Shown piece after piece: positions 1 through 12,394 of a DNA stretch of 64,000 nucleotides (its first letter is position 1; each line of letters starts with the position of its first letter). The stretch covers positions 20,261,235 through 20,325,234 of the forward strand of contig NC_068992.1 of NCBI RefSeq assembly GCF_001194135.2, written 5' to 3'. The stretch comes from Octopus bimaculoides (taxonomy: Eukaryota). A program made the translations under genes and the position numbers. The notes under the pieces are model-generated. The model saw nothing but the letters and a program-made list of their open reading frames with translations, made no database searches and was not told the DNA's origin.

Positions 1-55
1 ATATATATATATATATATACACACACGCATGGGCACACAAATATACATGCATATT

Positions 56-510
56 CGAGGTCTGATCAATAAGTATCTGGACTGTTGCCATAGTAACGAA
101 GCTAAAGCACACAGAGTAAACCGATAAGTGTGTGTACTCTAAGTTTTAACGTTCCAGCTCACTTCCGCTGTTTACAGCAGTGTTTGAAGTTGTGTAGCGT
201 GTGATTGTCCCATTTACAATGACAGAGAAAGTTGTCATGGAGATACATGCTAACACGCCTACGCAATGTTACAGACAGTGTATCGAGAAGAGTGTATGAG
301 ACATACCCAAGTGTACGAGTGGTTCAGATGTTTCCAAGACGGCTGAAAAATGTCGATATTGATGAACGTTCTGCGACACCCGCAACCAGTAAAATTGTAA
401 AAACTGCGCAGCTCTCAGAGGAAATCGTCGAATCACCATCCATGAGAAGATGTGCAGATTAGTTAAATTCAGTTCAGTCCATTATCACTGACGATTTGGA
501 TTTGAGACTC
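56..510 (+). mobile_element. Mariner-type DNA transposon, 5' end relic (TIR-like start plus transposase HTH)
   Basis: Starts cgaggtctgatcaataagtatc; ATG at 219 (MTEKV). Broken frames give EECMRHTQVYEWFRCFQDG and NVDIDERSATPATSK, the mariner N-terminal HTH (W..RF..G...D..RSGRP). Confidence 0.8.
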
Positions 511-841
511 TGACGAAAATGACACTCGGGTTTCATTTTCCCAAGATCTCGTTGATTGAGTCGATTAGACTACGTTTATATGAGAAATTTAGAGTAGTTG
601 AAATATGTTTGTAACGTATTTCAACTTCTAAAGGCATATTCTCTACAGCTACCTATTCACCACGAAGAGGGAACCCGACAGGGGGTAATACTGGAAAGAC
701 ATATTGTGTGTGTGTGCGTGCGTGTGTGTGTATGTGCGTGCATGTATGTATGTATGTATACAGCATAAATATAACATTTTAACTTGTTGCAAATACTTTA
801 TCGTGGGCATAGTCGAAAGAATGAAAGGGCATTTAGATACT

Positions 842-2604
842 CGGGCAAAAAACTTTGCAAAGCAGTTATCATTGAAGTTACTGAAATAATATCCGAAAAT
901 ACTTTTGTAAATAATGATATTTGAAAGATGAAACACATCTCTCTCTGTATCATGTTAGGTTGCATATCTTCAATATACCAAATGTTAAATTAATTGCAGA
1001 GCATATGATGAACTGAAGAAAAAAATGTTACACTACCAATATAAATTTGGTACTTTCGATTTATTTCATAAATATCTTCGTCAAAACTTCGTCGTTCAGT
1101 AAAATTTATTTTCTCTATCTATTCAGAATCTATTCAGCAGGTAACGTTTGTTATCGAGTGAAAATTTGAATGTATTATCGTAATAAACAAAGACATGAAT
1201 ACATTCAAATAATGATAAAGTTAAAACTGCGTACACACAGAACCTGCACGCAACACCCCCACTTACAGTCGCACGTACACGCAAACACATGAACAAGAAA
1301 ACAAATAGATGATATGTAGATATAAACGTACACGAATATATGTAATTATCTGCGCGCGTTTCGTGAGACAATGCATCAGCAAATTGACAGTTACTTTACG
1401 ATTCCAGTCTTCCAACAAGAAATGAAACTTGCAAACATGCTTGCATGCCAGCCTGCCTTCCTACCTACCTACCTNNNNNNNNNNNNNNNNNNNNNNNNNN
1501 NNNNNNNNNNNNNNNNNNNNNNNNNNNNNNNNNNNNNNNNNNNNNNNNNNNNNNNNNNNNNNNNNNNNNNNNNNNNNNNNNNNNNNNNNNNNNNNNNNNN
1601 NNNNNNNNNNNNNNNNNNNNNNNNNNNNNNNNNNNNNNNNNNNNNNNNNNNNNNNNNNNNNNNNNNNNNNNNNNNNNNNNNNNNNNNNNNNNNNNNNNNN
1701 NNNNNNNNNNNNNNNNNNNNNNNNNNNNNNNNNNNNNNNNNNNNNNNNNNNNNNNNNNNNNNNNNNNNNNNNNNNNNNNNNNNNNNNNNNNNNNNNNNNN
1801 NNNNNNNNNNNNNNNNNNNNNNNNNNNNNNNNNNNNNNNNNNNNNNNNNNNNNNNNNNNNNNNNNNNNNNNNNNNNNNNNNNNNNNNNNNNNNNNNNNNN
1901 NNNNNNNNNNNNNNNNNNNNNNNNNNNNNNNNNNNNNNNNNNNNNNNNNNNNNNNNNNNNNNNNNNNNNNNNNNNNNNNNNNNNNNNNNNNNNNNNNNNN
2001 NNNNNNNNNNNNNNNNNNNNNNNNNNNNNNNNNNNNNNNNNNNNNNNNNNNNNNNNNNNNNNNNNNNNNNNNNNNNNNNNNNNNNNNNNNNNNNNNNNNN
2101 NNNNNNNNNNNNNNNNNNNNNNNNNNNNNNNNNNNNNNNNNNNNNNNNNNNNNNNNNNNNNNNNNNNNNNNNNNNNNNNNNNNNNNNNNNNNNNNNNNNN
2201 NNNNNNNNNNNNNNNNNNNNNNNNNNNNNNNNNNNNNNNNNNNNNNNNNNNNNNNNNNNNNNNNNNNNNNNNNNNNNNNNNNNNNNNNNNNNNNNNNNNN
2301 NNNNNNNNNNNNNNNNNNNNNNNATTCTGTAGATAGAGAAAATAAATTTTACTGAACGACGAAGTTTTGACGAAGATATTTATGAAATAAAACGAAATTA
2401 CCAAATTTATATTGGTAGTGTAACATTTTTTTTTTCAGTTCATCATATGCTCTGCAATTAATTTAACATTTGGTATATTCAAGATATGCAACCTAACATG
2501 ATACAGAGAGATGTGTTTCATCTTTCAAATATCATTACTTACAAAAGTATTTTCGGATATTATTTCAGTAACTTCAATAACTACCTTGCAAAGTTTTTTG
2601 CCTG
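842..2604. repeat. Inverted duplication: arm 842-1129 is the reverse complement of 2324-2604
   Basis: About 285-bp arms, near-identical with a few substitutions and small indels. The right arm is a small contig bounded by N-gaps 1475-2323 and 2605-2614. Confidence 0.85.
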
Positions 2605-3309
2605 NNNNNNNNNNGTCTGGAAATATTTTTATAAATTCTTGTCATAAGTAATTTCCTATAATTTTGATTTGTCGCAAATTTAAATATTCATTGCATTTAC
2701 TGCGGAGTATTTCATTCCCATTTGCACAGTCTCTCACTTTCTGTTTTAAGTCTTCATTAACTATTTGGAAAACCGACAGTTTGTTCTATTAATGTATACG
2801 TAATTTATAACTAATTATCCTAATTATGTATACGTAATCTACATTACATAATTTAAAATGTTACTGAGTAAAATTCGTCCATAAAATAGCAGACACTCCA
2901 CTCGCACACGGGGGGTCGATAAGGGTATCTAGTAGTCAACACCTACCTCAAATTCTGCATATCGTTACCGAAACTGGTAATTGGGGGGCAGTGAAGCGAA
3001 TCTCTTAATCACCCACTTATACATGTTGCCGTATATAACGAAAGAGTAAAAATAAGCTACCGCTATGTTTACTTAACTAATCTAGTAGTCAGATAATCTT
3101 CATAGATCTGAGGCATGGCTGAGAAGACATAATGGGATTTAACTGATAGAATCGGTGAGATATTTCGAAGTTGAATTTTATTGACAGCCATACATTTCTC
3201 ATATCAGTAAAATATAAAGAGATAGAAAATTAAACGAAGCATCCTTCTCGATTACTTGTTAATAGTATAAATATTTCACATGACCGTGGTGAGACAGGAA
3301 GTTTAATTG

Positions 3310-3745
3310 GAGAAGAATATGGGAGGAAGATAAATAAGAATTTGAAATATAACTGAATTGAAGGAAGATCATTAGCGGAGTATTTTGTTTTTATTTTCCT
3401 TTAATAAGCCCAAGAAGGAGAATAGGTATTATAATTTCCAAATGAGCAAGATGAAATAAAAAATTCAGTTCGAGAAGATTATAAGAGGAAGCTCAAGAAG
3501 ATTCTGGAATAAAACTAAATTGAAAGGAGATCATTAATGTATTATTATATTTTTTTTATTTTCTTCATGTAGCCCAAGAAAGAGAATAAGTATCATAGAT
3601 ATTTCAAATGACAAAGGTGAAAGAACAAGTTAATTTGGGGAAGAAAATAAGAGGAAACTGAAGAATATACTCGAACGAAACTAAATAGAAGGAAGATCGT
3701 TAATGGAATATTTTGTTTTAATTTTTCATCTACCCCAGGACATAT
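3310..3745 (+). repeat. Diverged tandem repeat, ~164-bp unit, about 2.7 copies
   Basis: Anchor gaaggaagatcatta-like at 3360, 3522, 3688; anchor agcccaagaa-like at 3407, 3571, 3732 (spacings 161-166). Confidence 0.7.
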
Positions 3746-3894
3746 AAGGCTGGTTACCCAGTTAATATGGCTTGCAACTAACGGCGATTACTACAGTAAT
3801 CCTAAACGGAGCACCAGTCATTTGCAGAATTCAAAGCCAGCAATTTTTAATGGAGGGGAAAAGTCGAAATGATTCACTGGTACTTTAAAGTTTT

Positions 3895-4230
3895 CTACTC
3901 TAATCACGAGGCCCGAAATTTTGATGGAGGAGGCCAGTCGATTAGATCGACCTCAGTACATAACTGGTACTTAATTTATCGAACCCGAAAGGATGAAAAG
4001 CAAAATCGACCGCGTTGAAATTTAAACTCAGAACATAAAGACACACGAAATACCGCTAAGTATTTCGCCCGGCGTGCTAACGTTTCTGCCAGCTCGCCGC
4101 CTTACTGGTACCTTATTCTGCCGACCTCGAAGAGGTGAAAACAAAGTTGACCTCAGCTGGATTTGAACTGACAACAGAAAGTGCACAAGGAAATGCCGCT
4201 AAGCATTTAGCCCGACGTATTAACGATATA
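3895..4230 (-). mobile_element. SINE family 1 (tRNA-derived, GGTCGACTTTGCCTTTCATCCTTTCGGGGTCG core): one copy plus an adjacent partial copy
   Basis: Reverse complement reads ggcggcgagctggcagaaacgttagcacgccgggcgaaatacttagcggtatttcg...gagtttaaatttc (copy ending 4101). A second, more diverged copy follows at 4102-4230. Homologous to 10857-11080. Confidence 0.85.
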
Positions 4231-5653
4231 TTGTTCAGCTTTTCTTCAAGGTGTCATAAAATGAACTGCAATAAATAATTAAACGCAGCAGAAAGCTTTT
4301 ATCGAGGAGTATAGAGTTACATCCAAGAAGTAGTGTTAGAATATACGATCAGATACATTACTTTTAGAAGTGACAGAGAATGTGGTGAAGAAAATTTACG
4401 ATATTCTGACATGTGCAGCCACACAGATCATCAAGACAAAAGAAAAAGACAATTAGGAATATAATAGAAGTTGGGAATAGCAAACTGGAACGAAAACATG
4501 TTACGTGGATAATTTGTTAAGCAGAAAGAAAACTAATAAAATGATAGGTCGTATCAAATGATACATGCATAAAAAAGGGAACCAGCATATCTGATCATGG
4601 TTACGCAAGAACGAGCGATGAGAGAAACATTTGCAACATAAAAATTCGAGAAAATTCAGCAAGATATCTATGCCGGATTTGCTGCATGGTACAAGAATAA
4701 CAAAATCATATAGTGTGCGCATATAGTCAGATATTATTCAAACAAATAAATAAATGAAGGCAACGCAATGTGTTTTTTTTCGAAACTACTTGTTTAGCAA
4801 CCTATTGTAAAGAAATACGATTGTCAGGTAGGCATCATCGAACTACGCACACACATACACCCATTTAGATATATAAACATACACACACAAACACACACAT
4901 GCATACATATGAATATGGTGTTCGGAAATACGTATATGATGGCCATCCACTAATGAGCGATGAAGGGAATCAGCAACAACTAAGAGCTCTGTACACGAAG
5001 ACAAAATCATGCTTTACACTTGTGACTCCGCTGGTGAGTAATGTGCTCAGCTCTTGATAGATGTACATGTCTGTAGTATCGGTAGACGAAACGCTCTGGC
5101 AGTGCGTTACGAGTAGTTGCATTGAGTTCGAGTAGCTGAATTGAGTTCAGCACGAAAATTGACTTTTGTTCAAAAATACCCATTCTTTCCTGTACTCGTT
5201 TCCTCCATTGTTTGTAATGACAAGCATTGCTTTCCCAATTGATCTTTTCATAGCTCACGTAGCTTCAACAAGCACTTATCAAAATTCTGAAACTGCAGTT
5301 TTGGAAGCAATACAATACAGGCAGACTGTCAGCAGCTGGCAACGTTCTCACCATTATCGAACCATATCAAGTGTAACTGCCCGAAATGGTCGTGACTTCT
5401 GGTATTTCACTGAAGAATGAAAACCAAGAATGACCCGTCTTCTTTTGCCCGTCCTTCTAATTGTTGTTTCTCTTGTCATCTTCGTGTCGTTTATCTGTCC
5501 AAACGTTTTAATGCCCTCTATGTATATATATATGTATATATTTATATATAATATAGGATAAAATCTTTATAAGAATTTATCAAGTAGTCAGCGTGAAAAA
5601 AACTCATAATGAAAAAAACTCATCATTTTTTCCCCATAAATATATATCATTTA

Positions 5654-6160
5654 TATAAGGGCATTAACTATATAGTAATGCCTCACGCTTAAAGGGACGA
5701 AATAAGTCAAAAACTAACAAAAAATAAGCAACATATTTACCGAAAGCGAGGAAATGCAGCTTTCAAAGTTAATCTCTTAAAAACATTTAACTTAACGGTA
5801 AACCACTGGTTTCTCAATCAATACAGCAAAACTGTGAAGTAAGCTGCATCTTTTGTTCATCAGTACACGTATGGTCGAGACACATAAAAATAAACAAGAA
5901 TCAACATACCACGATGCATCTTACTATGTTGGGTGCATCGTGGTACGTTGATTCGTGTTTATTTTTATGTATCTTGACCACACGTGTACTGATGAACAAA
6001 AGATGCAGCTTACTTCACAGTTTTGCTGTATTGATTGAGAGACCAGTGGTTTACCGTTAAGTTAAATGTTTATAAGAGATTAATTTCGAAAGCTGCATTT
6101 CCTCGCTTTCGATAAATATGTTGCTTATTTTTTGGTAGTTTTTGACTTATGCCCTTATAT
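5654..6160. repeat. Foldback element / long palindrome (MITE-like)
   Basis: 5702-5920 is the near-perfect reverse complement of 5932-6150, loop ttactatgttg. Outer atataagggcat (5654) pairs with atgcccttatat (ends 6160). Confidence 0.92.
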
Positions 6161-6336
6161 AAATTATATATATTTATATATATATATATATATATACATG
6201 GATACATGGAGATACACAACACATACAGAGACACACATGAGTGTGCATCCGTGGACGTGTGCCTGTGTGCCCCCGTGTGTGTGTCTGTGTGTCTGTGTGG
6301 CTTGTGTGTGTTTGTGTGTGTGTGTGTGGTGGTGGC

Positions 6337-6406
<70 letters not shown>
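6337..6406. repeat. (GTA)n microsatellite following a (GT)n tract
   Basis: About 23 GTA units; source of the poly-V/S/L/Y ORFs in the track. Confidence 0.95.
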
Positions 6407-6407
<1 letters not shown>

Positions 6408-6756
6408 CAGCAACAGCAGCATTTAGAAAATGTGCAGCACGATTTTTCGTTCATCAAATCGAGATAATTCAGCACGGAGTACAATATCTCAGCGGGTAAT
6501 CAGTGCTATGCATCGATTAGAATTAAACAAACGGGGAAAATGGACATATAGAAAATGTAATTACCTCAAAATACATGATGAGATGAGACATTCTGGAAAA
6601 TTATTGAACATGGCAGATAATAAAGAGACAAAAACGATTAGCCTCAAAGTGTTTAACAGTGGATGACGTCACATACATTTGGGTTGTAAATCAAAGAGGA
6701 ACGAACAAATTAACAAAGCAATCACACTATAAAGTATTCTGAAATAATTGCAAAGT

Positions 6757-7320
6757 TACGGGGATAGGGAAAATATGCTTTATAGCAGGGAAATAACAAA
6801 TAACATAATATAATATTTATCATGTATATAACTCCTGGTACGTACGCGCATGTCAAGTGTTACATACATAACTATATATGACACAGCCAATGCAATACAA
6901 ATAGTCATGCGTAAAAGTTTTCCGGTTGTTCGGGTAAACTTGGCAGTTTGCATAAACGGTAAAGAAAACACATTAACCCATCCAAAAATAAAAGCATTTT
7001 TTTAAAATCAACAAATATGAACTAGATTATGGCTGAGACACAACAGTTTATTACATGTAGCCGGCCTCAGATTCCATTACAGCTTCAACACGGCTCCGGA
7101 ATGTGGCGCATGCGTTCCTCACTGTGTTTCTGAGAACATCGAATATGTCCTGCATCTTGGTCACCAGTTGGGCCTTGCTGTTTTACGCAACGTAGTTGGT
7201 GTCTTTCTCAACCGTGCCCCACATATACTAATAACCCATGGGATTTACAATCTGCGGGGATTAAGCTGTCAGAAATTTGGGCTGGTGAAATCGTAGGAAT
7301 ACTCCGACATCCACCTCTGA
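6757..7320 (-). mobile_element. Tc1/mariner-superfamily transposase 3' relic (DD37D/maT-like)
   Basis: Minus strand gives NPMGY.Y and GTVEKDTNYVA*NSKAQLVTKMQDIFDVLRNTVRNACATFRSRVEAVMESEAGYM, matching the C-terminal WPP.SPD.NP.DY..WG..E...F.SR.EAVI..EGG region. A TIR-like tacggggatagggaaaat sits at 6757. Confidence 0.7.
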
Positions 7321-7339
7321 TAATTCCTGGAGGTATAGT

Positions 7340-8095
7340 AAGTAGCTTGCTTAGCAATCACATGGTTCTGGATTCAGTCTCGCAACGTGGCACCTTGGCA
7401 AGTGTCTTCTAATATAGCCTCGGGTCCACTAAAGACTTGTGAGTGGATTTGTTAAACGGAAACTGAAAGAGGCATGGCATGTATATATATATATATATAT
7501 ATATATNNNNNNNNNNTTGTTGTTGGCACTCCGTCGCTTACGACGTCAAGGTTCCAGTTGATCCGATCAACGGAACAGCCTGCTCGTGAAATTAACGTGC
7601 AAGTGGCTGAGCACTCCAAAGTCCACAGACACGTGTACCCTTAACGTAGTTCTCGGGGATATTCAGCGTGACACAGTGTGACAAGGACGACCCTTTGAAT
7701 TACAGGCACAACGGAAACAGGAAGTAAAAGTGAGAGAAAGTTGTGGTGCCGGAGCCTGGTGGAGCTTTAGGTGTTTTCGATCAATAAACACACAAAACGC
7801 CCGGTATGGGAATCGAAGCCATGATCCTATGACCGCGAGTCCGTTGCTCTAACCACTGGGTCATTGCGCCTCCACACACACATATATATGCATATGTATG
7901 TTTGTGTGTCTGTGTTTATCCCACTAACATCGCTTGACAACCGATGCTGGTGCGTTTCCCTCCCCGTCATTTAGCGGTTCGGCAAGTGAGAGACCGATAG
8001 TATAAGTCCTGGAGTCGATTTGTTCGACTAAAGGCGATGCTCCAGCATGGCCGCAGTCAAATGACTGAACTAAATGAAAGAATAGAAGAATAGAT
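7340..8095 (+). mobile_element. SINE family 3 (internal microsatellite), split by a nested family-2 SINE
   Basis: Head 7340-7480 (cacatggttctggattcagtctcgcaacgtggcaccttggcaagtgtcttct...gtgagtggatttg) and tail 7874-8095 (catcgcttgacaaccgatgctgg...tccagcatggccgcagtcaaatgactgaa). Same family as 60920-61265. Confidence 0.85.
7517..7873 (-). mobile_element. SINE family 2, full length
   Basis: Reverse complement starts ggaggcgcaatgacccagtggttag (A-box) with a B-box-like gcttcgattccc and ends ...ggaaccttgacgtcgtaagcgacggagtgccaacaacaa. Colinear with 59717-60098. Confidence 0.9.
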
Positions 8096-8449
8096 ATGAA
8101 AATCAAACTCTCTGGCTATTATGGCCTTTGCGCAAATGTAATCCACGGCACAGAGATTCAGTCTCGTGCCATGCTCAGATGTGTCTCTAGGTTACCAATG
8201 ATAGATGTTTCATTATCATTTTGCCTTTGACTGTCCCACTAACTAAGCGGTAGCCTAACGTTGTGAATATCTATTACTTAAAGGCACTCACTAGAACTCA
8301 ATAAAAGGAAATGGTGTATTTCGTGCAGAGGGAATTTATTCTGAGATATGTCATACGGTGATGGTCACGTTCTTCAATGCAATTGGAGACTATGGCAATC
8401 GGACGTACTACCACATTTCTAAGCGAAATATCAGAGCCATAGCAATTTT

Positions 8450-8850
8450 TTAGGTCACGCTGCTTAATTCTTGCTTGCACGTTGAAATGTGTCGCAGTCT
8501 AATGCAAGTAAAATTTTGTTACTCAAGCTTCCTTGAATTTACATCAGATGGATTTGGACACTAACAACTTATTTGATAGGGTATTGGCTGACAGGTGCGA
8601 TTTCTAGGCAGCAGCGTTTTTCCATACAGGAGTACTGTGTTCGCTACAGAATGAAGAAATAGTGATACATTTTTTTGGTGACATCTAAGTTGTGGTTAGT
8701 TAAAGCAGATTTATATCAACTGATGTGATAGATGGGGTGATCGTATTCTTAGAAATTAGCTTTTCCGTGTCGCAGATTCTAGGTAGCGTATCATATTACC
8801 AGTATCTACCGTATTAAAAACATGTTTGTCCGCAAACAGGCGTATTTTCA
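8450..8850 (-). mobile_element. Possible RTE-like LINE relic
   Basis: Minus strand reads FLHSVANTVLLYGKTL (cf. F...V.SVLLYG.ETW) with IRYLES upstream (cf. F.YLGS). Weak, manual only. Confidence 0.35.
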
Positions 8851-8967
8851 AATTATTGTAATTACAAGCATATAGATTATAACGGTGTCTGAAGATATTT
8901 TGCAAATGTAAATGGTACCTTCATCGTCTTTCTAATGTAGTACTGTGTGTCTCTAATCGTTACCATA

Positions 8968-9013
<46 letters not shown>

Positions 9014-9755
9014 TACACATATACATATACTCACTCACATATGTGTATTTATATACATACTTATATTCAAGCGTGTGCTTGCGTGTGTATAGTTGTGTAT
9101 AAGTGCGTGTCTATTTAAAAATGATATTTAAATGATATTTTGGCTAATAATCTTCGTGTTACTCAATATATCAATATTTAAGAGGTTCAAGTGATCATTT
9201 CTTATACTAGAAGTTCAACTCTGAACGTACATTATTGTTTCGTAAACACGTTATTCTTTAATTTCGTGATAGCAAGCAATAGATTTGAAAAATTACAGCA
9301 TCGAAATTTTCACAAAGCAAAATAGGCGGGATAGACATATAAAGAATGCAAAAATTCTGGCTATTATTTGTGATAAGATTTCCTACATTAGAATAATATC
9401 TTTAAAGAGGAAGAATTAATGCTTTCCATTTAGGTTTTAAATAAATTTATATGAATAATGAATGACGTAACATGATTATGCATTTTTTTTTCGATTTGTT
9501 AGTAGTATAATTGTTAATATGTCTTTAAAGTGTTCACGACTTTCATCCGAACATGTTTACTAGATATCTCGACACATAATAAAAAAGAAATTATATTTTT
9601 TTTTCCCCATGATAAACTATTATATGGAGTTTGGTGTAATTCTTTTGACATTTAGAATCAGATGACATAAGTTACTGTGATTATACACAACTCCATAGAA
9701 AATTAACAATATAGGAATGTTCACGCTGACACGTTTAAGACAACATGCTGATCCA

Positions 9756-9812
<57 letters not shown>

Positions 9813-10856
9813 GTGTGTGTATACACATGCACATATACACATTCATACACACGCGCGCACACACGCCTACAACCATGCACACAGACACATTCACACCTAC
9901 ATTCACACATGCACATGCACAAACACACATATACACACACATATATATATATACATGTCTGTATATACATGTCTATATATGTGTGTGTATTATATATACA
10001 TATGTTATTCAAATTACACAACTAAATAATACCTATCTATTGTCGAATGGAAGAGAATTACTTGCTATGATTTAATTGTGGCGCATTATAGAGGAACAAG
10101 AAGGAAGAAAAAACTGTCACGAATAGCCATTGAAACCTAAATTTCATTATTGTTTACAGTTTCCTTTTCCTCCGCTTTCTTGTGAGAAACGGTAGCATCA
10201 GTTAATAGTTCTATGTCTTATAAGATGTTTGCATTCGTGACAATGAGCAATTGCAATTATATATACTAGTCGACGGCCATGAAAATGGATAACATTTGAT
10301 TAAAGTTGAATAAGGTTAAGCATAAATCCACAAAACAATAAACTTTCTGTAAACTTTCTCACGAACAGAAGCATTGTCTTATTCTTCAATAGATTGTTTT
10401 CAATATTGATTTCTAAGCTTGGCGCAAAACTTCAAATGTTGAAGTAGACAACGGCAGATTAATTCCCGAACTCCAACTATTTGGTATCTTTCTTTTATCA
10501 GTTCCCATTCCACAGGGCTATGCGGGGAGGGAAAGCTGACAAATTTGAGATTTGAATTAAGAAATTCACACCGGATCATTGACGACACTTGTACTGATTT
10601 TGAACAAAAGAGGATGCAGTGTATTGCGTGTCTCCAAAACATTCACAACCTTCTGAAATGTGTTCAGAATGCAGTATTAAAAATTTCAGCAGTCTTATCA
10701 TTTTGACTATTCACCATTCAACAGAAAACAGAAGCTAAACAAGCTACATAATACATAATAATAATAATGATAACAACAACAACAGCAGCAATAATAATAA
10801 TAATAATAATAATAATACTAATACTACTAATAATAATAATATATTCTTATTTCTTT

Positions 10857-11080
10857 ACTGCCCACGAGGGGCTACACAGAGAGGACAAACAAGGACAGAG
10901 GAGACAAACGGATTAAGTCGATTATATGGACCCCAGTGCATAACTGGTACATATTTAATCGACCCCGAAAGGATGAAAGCAAAGTCGACCTCGGCGGAAT
11001 TTGAACTCAGAATGTAGCGGCAGACGAAATACCGCTAAGCATTTCGCCAGCTGCATTAACGATTCTGCCAGCTCGCCGCC
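10857..11080 (-). mobile_element. SINE family 1, well-preserved copy with (TAA)n tail at 10750-10845
   Basis: gaccccgaaaggatgaaagcaaagtcgacctcggcggaatttgaactcagaatg...gattctgccagctcgccgcc; B-box gagttcaaattcc on the minus strand. A 3' fragment of the same family lies at 11100-11180. Confidence 0.9.
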
Positions 11081-12027
11081 TTGATAATAATATATTCTTT
11101 TTATCTCTAGTACAAGGCCCAAAATTTTGGGGCAGGAGGCCAGTCGATTAGATCGACCGAGTATGCAACTGGTACTTAAAGATAATAATATATTATAATA
11201 ATAAGAGTGTGGGCTCTCAGAAAGACCGATTACATCTCATAACTAATGCTGTCTACAATAGCTCCTTTAATTTCAAGATTTTATAATGTCAGTTATGCCA
11301 ATATTTATTCTTTCTTTCGCATGCTTCAGAAAATTGTTAATAAATAAAACTATTTTAAATTTAAAATTATTTCAAATAGAATACTTAAAACAATATGTCT
11401 ATTATCAAGGTAATCGGGCCTCGTGAAGACCAACAACAGAAGTAACCAAATGTATGATTGAAGATGGAAATATATTCTTAAGATTTCACGGGGCCATTTT
11501 GGGTTTGATTCTGTTGTAAAAAACTGAAAAAACAAGATACGTTAATGCATTATTGCGAAATTTTGGATTGAAATATTTCGATGCCGACGCCTAAGGAGAA
11601 GGTCCAAGTTTGTCGAAAGAAATTCTCATATGCTGTCAGGTTTATAAACTATCAAAAATGCAATAAGGACTTTGAAACAAATACATTTATTGAACATATG
11701 TCAAAATCTTACGGCTTACAAAACGACAGCAAAATCCAGTGTAAAATAATAATAATTTGAAACACAAGATATTACCATATTTTCTCGTAACTTGACTGTC
11801 ATAGAGGTTATTTGGTGTTTTAGAATATCTAATTCAGTCTTTAATATCTCAAGTTTTCCATATGAAGCTTATCAGAATTTTCTTAATCTCCATCACAGAC
11901 TGGTGTCGAGAATATTGTTAATATTTTGGGCTGGGAAACTTGAATACACCATGCAGAGCTGTGCTGACTATCTTATCTAAACGTCTGTTATAGAATTCTA
12001 TTCTATTCAACTAATGAAAATGTTTCC

Positions 12028-12112
<85 letters not shown>

Positions 12113-12394
12113 TGTGTGCGTGTGTGTGTGTGCCCTTTCGTGTGCGTGTATGTTCAAGTATAGATACATGTATGTATGTGTTTGTGTGTGTGTCTCTGTG
12201 TGTGTGTGTGTGTGTGTGTATGTGTGTGTGTGTGGGGGGGTGTAATATTGTCTGTAAGAGTAGTAAATATTCCCCTCAAGAGGCATGACATTTTACCAAA
12301 CATTGAAATATGTAATTTAGGTCTTCCACCACTCTCCATATCTGAAAACACTTGCGGAATCTATTTGCTGTTAATATATAAGATTCGGAAAAAA

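Larger units (their letters stand above)
3050..4730 (+). mobile_element. Degenerate R4/Dong-type (RLE) non-LTR retrotransposon relic, interrupted by SINEs
   Basis: Broken frames give YKRKLKKILE (3480), LHPRSSVRIY (~4320), KREPAYLIMVTQERAMR (~4575) and LCRICC..QE..NHIVC (~4670). These resemble the R4/Dong motifs EY.RR.RKIL.SKLN, LHPKSDVDRLY, KRETE.LI.AAQEQA.R and the CCHC knuckle. Confidence 0.6.

Noticed and set aside
5007-5420. Possible Penelope GIY-YIG remnant (KTAVSEF, EKINWES on the minus strand)
   Set aside because: Only two short, weak motif resemblances; not supportable without a profile search.
6149-6499. Poly-V/S/L/Y, poly-I/N and YIYI/CVCV/HTHT ORFs here and at 9620-10075, 12011-12499, 23286-23998, 29772-30860, 49630-49908, 51175-51512, 56184-56625
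   Set aside because: Translations of microsatellites, with no splice signals or domain content.
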